From Balanoglossus misakiensis (taxonomy: Eukaryota > Animalia > Hemichordata), in the NCBI GenBank assembly GCA_040954595.2, contig CM082578.2, positions 5,066,831-5,130,830 of the forward strand: a stretch of 64,000 nt of DNA, in the 5' to 3' direction. This document shows positions 52,607 through 63,959 of the stretch, piece after piece. The number at the start of each line of letters is the position of its first letter. Position 1 is the stretch's first letter. A program made the position numbers and the translations under genes. The notes below the pieces were generated by a model. The model ran no database searches and was not told where the DNA came from. It saw only the letters and a list, made by a program, of their open reading frames with translations.

Positions 52607-52754
52607 GAGAGCAAGGAGCCATTGGCATGTTTCCATTGTACCTGCTGGATTGTGGGATTTCTACCGGTCAAGTGGGACTGTGGACAGGGGTCATAGGTCA
52701 AAGTTTGTCCATTCTTGGGTCACTTTTTGCCGGCTGGATGCTGTCCTATCACAT
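52607..52754 (+). CDS. MFSD3: MFSD3 coding exon 3 (GEQGAIGMFPLYLLDCGISTGQVGLWTGVIGQSLSILGSLFAGWMLSYH)
   Basis: Acceptor TTTTATTTTAG| and donor AT|GTAAGT. The translation resembles the vertebrate MFSD3 GEQGA..FPL.LLD.G.S...GLW.GV segment from recall. This frame is not in the ORF track. Confidence 0.9.
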
Positions 52755-53076
52755 GTAAGTGTGCAGTCTGTGTGTGTGTGTGTGTGTGTCTACAAGGATT
52801 GTCTTATCACTGGCTGTTTGTCCAGACCACTATAAATACTCTCATTTTAGAGTAAATGTTTTAGAAAAATCGCATTTCAGAATGTTAAAAATATTATTGT
52901 AGGTTCACAAAGAGTTCAGAAAGCATTTGCCACCTGTCCATATCCTGAAATGAAGTGATTTACAGTTTGTGTTGGAATTTGATAGTTAAGAAAAAATCAG
53001 AAAAATTGTGTGGCACAGTTATTTCTTTTTTATGGACAAAACAGAACATCCAGTTGATGTTGATTTATCATGCTAA

Positions 53077-53880
53077 GGCTGCATTCACAAACACCTCCGG
53101 AGGGGGGGGCGGGAGAATTCAATTTTTTTTACCGCTAATTTTCACATGCCCCCCTTCCGAACTGCCAATATTTTCAAATCCCCCCCTTCCGAACTGCCAA
53201 AATTTTGAAATCCCCCCCCATTTTCTTTCACAGAGCAAAACACATCACCTATCTATCTTGTAAAAAGAAAAACAGCGCTCCCATGAAAAGAATTTGAAAC
53301 TGATGTTTCCCCTCATCAGTGGGTATTAAAACTGAACATTGTTTTTATGTTTTAAGTACATATATTTGTATTCTGTGTTGGGAGACATTGTAAACCGAGA
53401 ATTGAAGGGGGTGGGTTTGGGAGGGGGTGTCCCCCTCCCACGTAAGAAAATTTTCTAAAATACAGAGCTCAAAGCTGCATTTTAATGAACCCGGCAAAAG
53501 CAAATTAACTCAACTACCGGTATGTTGGGGAGGACAAATTTAACCATCGCCGCTCAAAGTTATCATAGGGTGGGGCAAGTCTCCTGACCTGGGACACTAC
53601 ATGTAGATAAACCAGTCAATGATTGAAAGGTGTTGATGAATGGAGGGGGTGGGTGTGGGAGGGGGTGTCCCCCTCCCACATTAGAAAATTTTGTAAAATA
53701 AAGGGCGCGAAACTGCATTTTTGTGGACTCAAAATAAATATTTAGTCGTTAAAGTTTTCAAGTCCCCCCCTTTCAGTCCCTAAATTATTTCAAATCCCCC
53801 CCTTACATACCCTCAATTTTTTCAAATCCCCCCCCTCAATTCTCCTGCCCCCCCCTCCAGAGGTGTTTGTGAATGCAGCC
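53077..53880 (+). mobile_element. 804-bp non-autonomous PIF/Harbinger-type MITE, copy A (MFSD3 intron 3)
   Basis: TIRs GGCTGCATTCACAAACACCTCYGGAGGGGGGG, TAA target-site duplication on both sides, subterminal TTTCAAATCCCCCC repeats, no ORF. Confidence 0.92.
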
Positions 53881-54515
53881 TAAGTGTAGAAAAGATTGAT
53901 CGGAAAAAAAGATGGCGCTATAATTCATGAAGAGCGGGAAAATGTACCTTCACAGATCATAAATAGCTACGAGAGTACTGAGTCAGATACTACTGAAATA
54001 ACACATAATATGAATTGATATGCATCAGTTATCTGGAGGAAATTGATAATACATTGTAAAATGCATTAGCCTAGCAGTCTATCCCCCTGTATTTTAAATT
54101 ATAATCTTCCTCTTACACATTCTGCAATATGTAAGCATGATCTTTTCAAAGTGGCACTGTAGTTTTCTCAGCGATTTTGCCCTTACCTCCCACATTGAGA
54201 CAAGCTGGTTTGTCCTACACGCTGACACTTATTATAGCACACTTAGTCATCTTGGTGAAAAAAATTATTGACCATTAGAAACCACTCATTTTAACTAATG
54301 TTGACATGTCAGAGCGATGTTATTTCTTTGAGCAGTTTTTTTAGGAGCGACATTTCTAAATACGGTGAACATAGCACATCTGTGAGATTTGCAGTGGGTG
54401 TACTGTGTAAGGAGAGTCCGACAAACTTCCATTAATTTAAAGAATGCAAAGGGAAAAAATCTGTCAAGTGGTTGATATGATTCCATGGTAACACCACGTA
54501 ATTTGACTTTGACAG

Positions 54516-54631
54516 CTGCAGGCCAATATCTATGCTGTGTGTACTGTTTCTTCTGAGACTTGGTCCTTTGATCATCATGGATGTTGTCATCTGGTGTGGA
54601 ATGCTGACTGAGGGAACTCTATTCCTCTATG
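54516..54631 (+). CDS. MFSD3: MFSD3 coding exon 4 (ICRPISMLCVLFLLRLGPLIIMDVVIWCGMLTEGTLFLY)
   Basis: Acceptor GACAG| at 54515, with an alternative in-frame CTGCAG| at 54521. Donor G|GTAAG at 54631/54632. Phases 2 and 1 are consistent with the neighbours. Hydrophobic TM-like translation. Confidence 0.8.
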
Positions 54632-55057
54632 GTAAGATTCTCTTGCATCATCATAATGGTTCAACCAACAGGCCAATTTTTCCTTGCAAGACATTAGTTT
54701 GGTTGCTTGACATTGACAAATGGAGCCTGCATAGTGATATCTACAGAGCGCCCTCAACCATTTGCATTTTTTGTGACAATGTGTGTTCTTGAGTACTTGA
54801 ACCAGTGTACCCATAAAGTATGGTACCCAATTTTGACCAAATGGGGACTATATTATTGACAATGACATACTCTTAATTCATGCATACTTCTTTGTACCGG
54901 GAGTCTAACTTTCCTTCCCAAAAAGCAAACTGAAAATTATTCATTTGCGAATTACTGACACCTACACAAATATATTATTTTTCCTACCAAATATTTTGTT
55001 CATTTTTTGAAAAAAAAATTCATATTTTTGTTTATATTTATTTATTTCTTCCTCAAG

Positions 55058-55356
55058 GTCTCTCTGTGGCCGCAATGTGTCTCCTGCAGTTCATTGGAGG
55101 GCTGATCACCACGGCAACATTCACCATGATGATGCAGTGTTCCCAGGGTGCACAGCAAGACATGCAGGCCACTCATTGGACAATGCTCGCCACCTTGGAA
55201 GTCCTGGGCAAGCTGACATTTATGTCTGTGGCAGGACTGGCTACAGACTTGGTCGGATACTCCAGTTCATTTACAATCTTCACCTCTTTATCTGTCCTTG
55301 TACTGCCGCTGTTGAGAATCAGGCCCTCGCAAATGTCAATTCTAAAAAATAGCTGA
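55058..55356 (+). CDS. MFSD3: MFSD3 terminal coding exon 5
   Basis: Pyrimidine tract plus CAAG| acceptor at 55057. Encodes GGLITTATFTMMMQCSQ and QATHWTMLATLEVLGKL, typical of the MFSD3 C-terminal half. Stop TGA at 55354-55356. Confidence 0.92.
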
Positions 55357-55563
55357 GTTTTATAAATACTTTTTTGAATGAACGATGTTCGTGTCTACCA
55401 CAGAGTGAAAGATGTTCAGTGTGTCACTGTCCTCACTGATTATGTCTTGCATTCACACATTTTATCGATTTGTCGACTGTAACTTAGTGTAGCCATCCCA
55501 TAAATTCATGTACAGTTGCATTTTCAGTCCAAGAGGACAGAATGTAGAGAACTTCTAGATTAA

Positions 55564-55741
55564 AAGTACACGGTCACCCCTAATTTACATACGCCCATAT
55601 ATGGCTGAAATGGCATATTTGAGTGTTCTAAAGAACATGTGGTGGCGCTTTGTTTTGCATGTGCCACCCATTGAAAAGATTGGCTAGATCTCAATTTACC
55701 ATGGCAGCTATAGCTATATATGCATAGGTGACCGTATACCC
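55564..55741 (-). mobile_element. TTAA-flanked MITE (Kolobok-like), copy 1
   Basis: TTAA on both sides, with TIRs AAGTACACGGTCACC / GGTGACCGTATACCC. The interior is homologous, in inverted orientation, to 57374-57568. Confidence 0.8.
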
Positions 55742-57373
55742 TTAAATTCCATCCATCTGTACATCGTGTGTCATTACCGACACATGCTCAGACTGATATC
55801 CTTCAAACTTTGAATGAAGATAGTGTGGCGTAAAAGGTCGCATGAAGTTGTTTCAGGTTGAAGTTGTCACCGCAATTGTTCAGTCACTTATTCGCAGACC
55901 GTTTGTATCATTTTAGTATTTCTTACTCAGCGTAGTAGATTGCCTGAGTATTAAATGAATGTGCAAGCCCCCTGTTAGTGTCAAATGCAGCTGACAGATC
56001 TGAACAATACTAACAGCTGCACGGCCGACTTTCCCATTCATCAAGCGTCATTAAAATGTCGTTTCGGGATTTAGACTAAAGCCGTCGCTTGAACTGTGGA
56101 ACTGTCTGTAGGCTGACTCTAATGTTTCAGTCAGACGTTTGACTCGAGAGTTTAACAAGAGTGAAGAAAGCTCAGGAATCAGGTTGCTTTTCTCTCACAA
56201 CAGGTGCGACATACTCCCGTCTCTGCCTCTGATTAATTGGCTCACTTAATTGCGCAAGACGTCTGCAGGTTCCATTATTTATCGCCAAATTGGTCTTTTC
56301 TCGCTTCCGTTTTCCTTCTTGTTTTTCTGGAATATGATGTCATCGGTGTTGCCCGGAGGCGGGGAATGGCTGATCCCAAACAGATTAGTGTCTCGTTACA
56401 TTGCCTTGCGTGGTGGCGTGTCGGAATTAATCATCAGTTGAACGGTTTCCCAATTAAATCGTGACAGCGTGGTTAATATGTGCTGGCCCAGGCCTATTGC
56501 CTGTGATGTCTCGCAAGTTGAGGAATATGCAATATACCTGTATTTTGTGTTTCCTTTCATGACAATTCAAACCCACCAGACCTCATTTTATTTGAGACTT
56601 AAAAACCAACACTGTGATGACAGTGTATTTTTTATACCATGGTATTCTCCTAAATGCTGCACTACACAAATCACTCAAATGCAAAATCATATAAAAATTA
56701 CAGCTAACACAAAAACAGTTTGGGTGTGTAAAAATGACGCCCCCCCCCCCCCCCCCCCCCCACTCTAGTTATACAAGATATTTCTTGTATTTGTCAATTT
56801 AAGAGGTTGAGTTAATTTTTCATGAACCACATGTACAATTCCTGTTAAGGAAAAACTAAAAGCGTTATTTATTATTGCTTCAGGGTTTATAAGAAAAAGG
56901 TAACTGAATCAGGGACTGCCATTTACTGCCAGTACATGTATATGTGACAGCATTAGTCTGTCCTCCATATTGCGTTATTGCACTTCCAGAAAGGTGGTGA
57001 TACTCACCTCTACATAGACCTCCCAGTTTATTAAAAAACAGAACCACCTCTATTTGTCATTTTTACTATTTCACTTCATATGTATATTTCCAGTTATGAC
57101 TTTCAGTGGATTTTCTACCTCCTTTATAAAAGCAATGCAAAGTTTAAATTGCATTATGTACTTGTGTTGACCTGTTTCAAATATCTTGTTTGGAAAACAC
57201 CCTTAGCAACACACAGAGAAGAGTTGCTTGTTCCTTATAACAAATTCAGTCAAGTGTAACAGACATTGAAATTTCGGTTTGTCATTCTGTATATATATTG
57301 AGTGTTATGGGGATATTTTATTTTATGTAGAAAGTGAGCTAGCAAGGTGTAACACAATGAATCATTATGTTAA

Positions 57374-57568
57374 AGGTATACGGTCACCAAGGGAAAATTA
57401 GCTGTAGTTACCATGGCAAATTGAGATCTAGCCAATCGCAGATTTTCAGTGGGTGGCACACGCGAAAAAAAGAGCGCCACCGTATGTTCTTTAGAACGCT
57501 CAAGTACGCCATTTCAGCCATATATGGGTACATGTATAAATATGAAAATTGGAGGTGACTGTATACCT
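57374..57568 (+). mobile_element. TTAA-flanked MITE (Kolobok-like), copy 2
   Basis: TTAA TSD at 57370-57373 and 57569-57572. TIRs AGGTATACGGTCACC / GGTGACTGTATACCT. Purine termini with a TTAA TSD fit Kolobok better than piggyBac. Confidence 0.82.
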
Positions 57569-57929
57569 TTAAATAGTGCAATACAAATTTAATGCAATCA
57601 AATTCAAACTGTTTCTGTACAGTTTGGTTCAATCTACCTCTCAAGGTCTATATTCCCATGTATTTATTCATATTTATATAAAAGCGGAAAATGCTTTTCT
57701 GTCATGTGGTCATCTTCACACAGACAACAGACAGACCACTTAGACCAGGTGGTGATGTTTGTTTAAACACTTTCACTGTTAACTCCTAGAGAGGGTTGGT
57801 TTTTATTGTTGAGAACTTTCACTGAAGTAAAAGTTTTATTTTTCACTTTGTCAAATTCTTGCAATATTCAGGATGTACATGTGCATGTCAATATTCAGTT
57901 CTCAGCATGCGAATTAAACTTTTTACTTG

Positions 57930-57935
57930 AATAAA
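57930..57935 (+). terminator. Candidate MFSD3 polyadenylation signal AATAAA
   Basis: First canonical plus-strand AATAAA I saw after the stop at 55356. Weaker ATTAAA variants occur earlier. Confidence 0.3.
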
Positions 57936-59231
57936 TGGGAAAGGAAGAATGAAACAGTCTTGTAGCAGTTTGTTTTCATACACACACTACGAATTTGAAT
58001 GCTGGCAACGCCAGAACCAGAATAGAGAAATTCAAATGTATCTCTGTACATGAAGCAAGACTACACCTTGCAAAAAGTTGCATTTTTTATTGTGCCATGC
58101 CTTTTACAGTTGCAACATACACAGTACCTGATGGGGTGCTTTTGATTACTGTTCTTTTAGCACATAAAACAACAAGTCTTGTAAATTTCACTTGATAATT
58201 GATAATGCCTATGGTGCTTTTCTCTTGAACACTCATTGATAATGCTGAAAGGCTGTTAAGTTTCTTTGATCAATTGATTTAACAAGGAAATTTATAGCAA
58301 CTGGTGGTGGCCCAACATTTAGCCAAGAGGCTTATGACAAGAAAACAAGTGAATTTTGGACATGCATTCTGCTAAATATTTGCGCAGTAATCATGTCTGA
58401 AATTAGGCAATATTTTACTCAATTTCTTCTGTTGCCAGAATCGAAAACGAAATTATGTCTGCCAGGCCTTTTTTTTTAAACTACAATCGTGCCATTTCAA
58501 TGCAAATATTAAGTGTAATTGATATTTGACAATCAAATTCTGGCAATTTTGAGCAGACGAACCATAAATTGTGTATGTATGTTTCATTTCCCAATACACA
58601 GCCTCTGGAAACAGCACTCAACTCAGTATGCACCTTGCAGGAAACTTGCCAGAAGTGTATATGATCCTTGAAAAGCTCTGACAACCCTGCAGAAAAACAC
58701 TACACTAACTCTTCAGCATGCCGACTCGAGCCACTGGAGGGAAATACGTGCTTTCAAAGCGATCAGTGGTAATCCCCATCGTTTCATCATATGAAGTGGT
58801 TTTCTTGTGTGGAACAGAAAGAAAATGTTCAGCTGGTAATGGTTGGGTGGGTGGCACTGCAGACTCCCTCGATAGGGGGCTCTTTTTACATTGTTTCAAA
58901 TAAGTGCCAAATAAAGGAATAAACAGTTTTATACATGTGGGGAAAAGAACAAATATCTGTGCTGTTAATTTTAAGATTTTTTTTATCACCAGGTACACTA
59001 TTTACTTTCCTACACAGCCTTATACTTCACAATTCACAAAATGGGAATGCCAATCCAAGTCCAACTTCTTTGCTATAAATCTACATTCTTGCAAGCCAGA
59101 GTCATTAACGTAAATCTACTGCAGACACTTATCTACGGTATTGTATGTTCTACTCCACAAGAACCAGGTACACACCTGTGAACGTCCCACACAAGCAACA
59201 TTTCAGCAAAACTACCACTACCATGATATGG

Positions 59232-59237
59232 TTTATT
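59232..59237 (-). terminator. Candidate MRPL2 polyadenylation signal AATAAA
   Basis: First canonical minus-strand AATAAA I saw downstream of the stop codon at 60114, about 0.9 kb away. Confidence 0.35.
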
Positions 59238-60113
59238 TTAATAACTCTTTTTTCAACATTCCATTGATGGAGGTGTCACTGAACTCTTGTCTAAAACTTG
59301 CGACACAACTTGAAATCTGATCAAACTATCTTCACATTTAGCTGATGATGACATCACACATTTCAGTGTTTTTTGGCTACCAATGGCCGCCCTCAACGAC
59401 ATTTTGTTCCAGACTACGAATTCACGCCCTCAACGACATTTCATAATGTACTTTTGTTTATTCAAGAAAAGCATTAGAATGCTCTTTGCTCAAACCACAA
59501 CAGATAGAGGGACTGTGCTCAAACAAATTCAAGTGGATCTTGTCTCTGAAAACTTGGGAATTTATAGACTTGTATGAATCTGCCCTGAAAAAAATGCCAC
59601 ACCTCTGCCCACACATGCCTGTATTTCAGTCCTGTCAGCACAGTAGAGACAAAGGCAGAATACATATTACTTCATGCATGTATTATTATCAGAAGTGTTC
59701 CAGCCCCCGGGGAATTCATCCCTGGAATATGATCATTCACAGTTCCAGTAACACTAGTCATTTCACGTGTGTGTTTTACAGGGTCTAATCAGGTTCATAC
59801 TAACATGTCCTGTAATCTGGAATTTACCTGAATATCATATCAGACAATGGTTAATAGGTTTCAGACATCACAGCAAGGATGGTAAATACACACAATGCAG
59901 TGCAATGCCAACACACTGTGACAACTGATGGCCTGGATCACTTGAAATCCATACTACTTTGGCTGATAACCACTTTGAATAAATTGACTGTAGGCTCTGA
60001 CTATCCATTTATATCACTGACAGGGTACCCAAGGTATAAAACCCGCCCTGTCAAATGCTTTGCGTTGAAGAGTATTAAAAACAGTGCACACAGAATAATG
60101 GTGCCAGACAATG

Positions 60114-60265
60114 TTAAACATCAACATGAGTTCCTTTCCTTTGTGGATCTAGAAACACTTTTATTGGAGGTAATCTCTTAATCTTCCTCCCAGCCCAGCC
60201 TCCCTTTCTCTGCCACCATCCACTCTGAGGTCTCCAGCCGAGTTGACGTAACTTTCCCGCTTTGC
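60114..60265 (-). CDS. MRPL2: MRPL2 terminal coding exon 4
   Basis: [50 protein letters not shown] matches the MRPL2 C-terminal motif. Acceptor CATTGCAG|, stop TAA at 60116-60114. The spliced CDS totals 873 nt. Confidence 0.93.
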
Positions 60266-60520
60266 CTGCAATGGATGAAAGCCATGGTCAATTACAAGTG
60301 ATTACAAACACGAAAATATCTCAAAGTAAGGGGGCCATCTGAGATGGTTGCGCAAGTTCTATCACCACCCATTTCCCTACAAGTTTTGGAAGCTTGAGTG
60401 AGTCATTTCTCATCTGCAGCAGGGAGTGGACAAAATTTGTATATCCTATTGCTTTCTGTGTGGTGGGTGGATCCAAATACAGGGAAATGGGGTGAAAGCA
60501 TTCCAAGATTCGCAAAGAAT

Positions 60521-60825
60521 ATTTCAACGATCGACTTATGCGCATGTGAATAATCCAAATGTTATGCAAATTGTGCGTTAATCGCATTTAAATAGTAGAC
60601 TGTCTTCGCTTTCTTCCATATTTCATGCGCACCGTATAAGTAGACTTTAGTTTTGTCTCTTCTTTTCATCCAATCTGTCTTTTCCCAATCTTCGACACAG
60701 ACTATGGTCGCCGCCATCTTGTCTGTTGTCAGGACAGCACGCTGCCTTATATGGCATTGACTGTATGCAATTTTTGTAACCAGTGTCTCTGGTTTGGCAC
60801 ATGCGCATAAGATGATCGTCGCCCT
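60521..60825. mobile_element. Degenerate TIR element in MRPL2 last intron
   Basis: Inverted repeat CAACGATCGACTTATGCGCATGTG (60525) versus CACATGCGCATAAGATGATCGTCG (about 60798-60821). The right end is CCCT-TTAA. CpG-richer than its flanks. Confidence 0.5.
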
Positions 60826-60850
60826 TTAATGTGTCACAGGAAACACCTAC

Positions 60851-61102
60851 CTAGTACAATTTTATTGTGATTTGGGTTGGAGACTCTGCCCACAGTTGCC
60901 ACACATCTTTCACTAACACTGATCTGTTGTTTTGAAGGCATCTGTAAGATGACTTGTCCGCCAGCTTTTCTGATAATCTGACAACAGGTGCCTGCAGCTC
61001 TGGCTATGATACCCCCTGTACCTGGGTAGAGTTCTACTGTGTTTACCAGAGTACCAACAGGCAGAGCACCTAAACAGTATGCATCACCCTCATTAGCAGC
61101 AA
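60851..61102 (-). CDS. MRPL2: MRPL2 coding exon 3
   Basis: Hand translation [84 protein letters not shown] is the uL2 C-terminal domain. Acceptor TTAACAG|, donor G|GTAGGT. Absent from the ORF track. Confidence 0.95.
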
Positions 61103-61413
61103 CTGTTAACAGAAAAGAGATGCCAAGTTAGCTACAACACGCAAATGCCAATGCTACTTGATCTTAGTTGTCAGTGTCTATTATTTAGGAAGATTTCATG
61201 ATTTGGCTTGAGAGCCTTAGATATAATTAACATTTTTGATGTTGACCCTACCAAGTGTAAAGTTTGACAATTTAAGTACAAAATTGTATAATGTGAGGTT
61301 ATTTTTTCATTGCAGAAGTATTTTTGGCACATCTTGCTTGCAAAGATATTCAACTCAAAACTACTTCTATAATGTTTGAAAAGTTACTGCAAATAAGATC
61401 GAAAGCAACTCGC

Positions 61414-61662
61414 CTGTCATTCTTCCAATATGACGTGATGACCTGATAATATCACCCTCCTTCATGTTCACAGTTGCTGTGATGTATTTTTTATTATTCT
61501 GCCCTGCAATTAAGGCAATATTTGCTGTCCTGTTTGGATCATACATAATCTTCATTACTTTCTCTTCCACAGAGGGTCCCTCTTCAGGGCCGTATCTTTT
61601 AAAAGCAATCATCCTGTATCGTTGTTTGTGTCCGCCCCCTCTGCCATGAGTTCTTATTCTGC
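61414..61662 (-). CDS. MRPL2: MRPL2 coding exon 2
   Basis: [21 protein letters not shown] and [13 protein letters not shown] (uL2 RNA-binding domain). Acceptor CATCAG|. Ends at the non-canonical donor ACAG|GCGAGT. Confidence 0.93.
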
Positions 61663-62303
61663 CTGATGTCAAGTTGAAAAGAAATTGCAATTATTTGCTA
61701 CACTGCCATACCCCCTCATAAGGTTACATGCATACTAGTATCACCTACAGTAAGGCACACTAGTCAAATCCTTTCAACTGCCTCCATTGTCAACTATTTG
61801 GCTGATTTTCAATGAAGTTATGCAAGTCATTGAGGATAAAATAGATAAGCAAGTTTTTTCTGAAAATTCTGCACGATTTATATAAGATATTCTGTAAAAT
61901 CCTTCAAATTTCACAAAATGACTGGATATTTGCCTTTTCAAAGACCCTTTGTACTTGGACTGATAACTTAATCCATGTTTGGGGCTATGACAAAGTATCT
62001 AATGTGTTAAATTCTGAAATTTAGTTCATATTTTGTTGAAATTTGTCCAAGCTGAGGCATTTTATACAGAGCTGTGAACATTTGTGTATATACATGCACA
62101 TGTATTGTGACATCACTTACCAATGAAGTGCAAAAAACCTGCGTCTTATGGAATTGTAGTACTACATGTATAGTACTATGGTTCTGTAATTTTCTAATGC
62201 AAAGAAAATCATGAAAACTTTGCATATTGATTTAACAACTTAGCAATCAGTATTTGAATCCTTGGGTATACTATCAAGTACTGCAGATTCTATCAGAACT
62301 CAC

Positions 62304-62523
62304 CTGTGTGATCTCTTCCACCGGTCCTATTGAATCCTATTGGTTTAACTGTATATTTATCTGGATTACGAAATTTGGCAATGCCTTCAACTATGGATGA
62401 CGTGTGCAGCCATGCTGCAGGCAGACAACTCCCATACAATGGATTGTGAAGTAAACCACATCCTGTGTGTTTGCTGGAAATCTTCAGGTTTTGGAAAATG
62501 ATACTTAGGGCTTTGGCTGCCAT
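62304..62523 (-). CDS. MRPL2: MRPL2 (mitochondrial uL2m) coding exon 1, including mitochondrial targeting presequence
   Basis: MAAKALSIIFQNLK...LHTS presequence-like N-terminus followed by the uL2 motif KYTVKPIG..RTGGRDHTG. Donor G|GTGAGT at 62304/62303. Confidence 0.92.
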
Positions 62524-62740
62524 GTTGAGTTGAGTCGTTCTTACATGTGTACATTAACAAACTGATCTTGAGATGGAGACGAGTTCTTGTGGTTCCATGG
62601 CAACTACATGTAGCTGTGAATGAGGTATTACACAACCAGTATTAAATCTTTAAAAAAATCTTCGTTCCTATGTTACAAGTGACTGATAAACTGCTGAAGC
62701 AAAATTGCCATGATGACTATCAAAAGTTGTCTAATCCTAA

Positions 62741-63544
62741 GGCTGCATTCACAAACACCTCTGGAGGGGGGGGCAGGAGAATTGAGGGGGGGGATTTGAA
62801 AAAATTGAGGGTATGTAAGGGGGGGATTTGAAATAATTTAGGGACTGAAAGGGGGGGACTTGAAAACTTTAACGACTAAATATTTATTTTGAGTCCACAA
62901 AAATGCAGTTTCGCGCCCTTTATTTTACAAAATTTTCTAATGTGGGAGGGGGACACCCCCTCCCACACCCACCCCCTCCATTCATCAACACCTTTCAATC
63001 ATTGACTGGTTTATCTACATGTAGTGTCCCAGGTCAGGAGACTTGCCCCACCCTATGATAACTTTGAGCGGCGATGGTTAAATTTGTCCTCCCCAACATA
63101 CCGGTAGTTGAGTTAATTTGCTTTTGCCGGGTTCATTAAAATGCAGCTTTGAGCTCTGTATTTTAGAAAATTTTCTTACGTGGGAGGGGGACACCCCCTC
63201 CCAAACCCACCCCCTTCAATTCTCGGTTTACAATGTCTCCCAACACAGAATACAAATATATGTACTTAAAACATAAAAACAATGTTCAGTTTTAATACCC
63301 ACTGATGAGGGGAAACATCAGTTTCAAATTCTTTTCATGGGAGCGCTGTTTTTCTTTTTACAAGATAGATAGGTGATGTGTTTTGCTCTGTGAAAGAAAA
63401 TGGGGGGGGATTTCAAAATTTTGGCAGTTCGGAAGGGGGGGATTTGAAAATATTGGCAGTTCGGAAGGGGGGCATGTGAAAATTAGCGGTAAAAAAAATT
63501 GAATTCTCCCGCCCCCCCCTCCGGAGGTGTTTGTGAATGCAGCC
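62741..63544 (-). mobile_element. 804-bp PIF/Harbinger-type MITE, copy B (inverted; probable MRPL2 5' intron)
   Basis: Reverse complement of 53077-53880 with the same length. TAA TSD at 62738-62740 and 63545-63547, with different flanks. Confidence 0.92.
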
Positions 63545-63579
63545 TAATGATTGGATGTTGTGCAAAGCCAGAAACTTCC

Positions 63580-63668
63580 TAGCCTGGTCTCCATACCCAG
63601 TGTGTTTTAGCATGGTTTTAACTGTGTGAGAGTCTATCTAAAACACACTGGGTATGGAGACCAGACTA
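63580..63668. mobile_element. 89-bp hairpin MITE with TAG...CTA termini and 9-bp TSD
   Basis: 31-bp TIR TAGCCTGGTCTCCATACCCAGTGTGTTTTAG with 1 mismatch. Perfect TSD GAAACTTCC at 63571-63579 and 63669-63677. Confidence 0.85.
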
Positions 63669-63959
63669 GAAACTTCCATACCTACATACTGCAATATTTG
63701 CTTGTTTTAAAGTGCATACAAAAAGTTTCTAATATGCAAATAGAAAGACCTAAACTGCAACACACTGTGCACGTGGAAAACTGGTAGCAGCCAATCACTG
63801 GGTGCCATATCCGTTCGTACCAACTGCAATTTTAAAACTACACTACACTAACACTACGTCATTACACTGCACTACACTAAGCTAAATGAAGCCTAGTTCT
63901 ATACATATATAATGTACAAATTGGGTTTTGTTCCTGTTCAGATTAAACAAACCACGTGA

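Noticed and set aside
58687-59830. Possible intron in the MRPL2 3' UTR (minus-strand donor CAG|GTAAAT near 59827, acceptor TTTTTCTGCAG near 58687)
   Set aside because: Such sites arise by chance, and a canonical AATAAA at 59237 lies between them. No supporting evidence.
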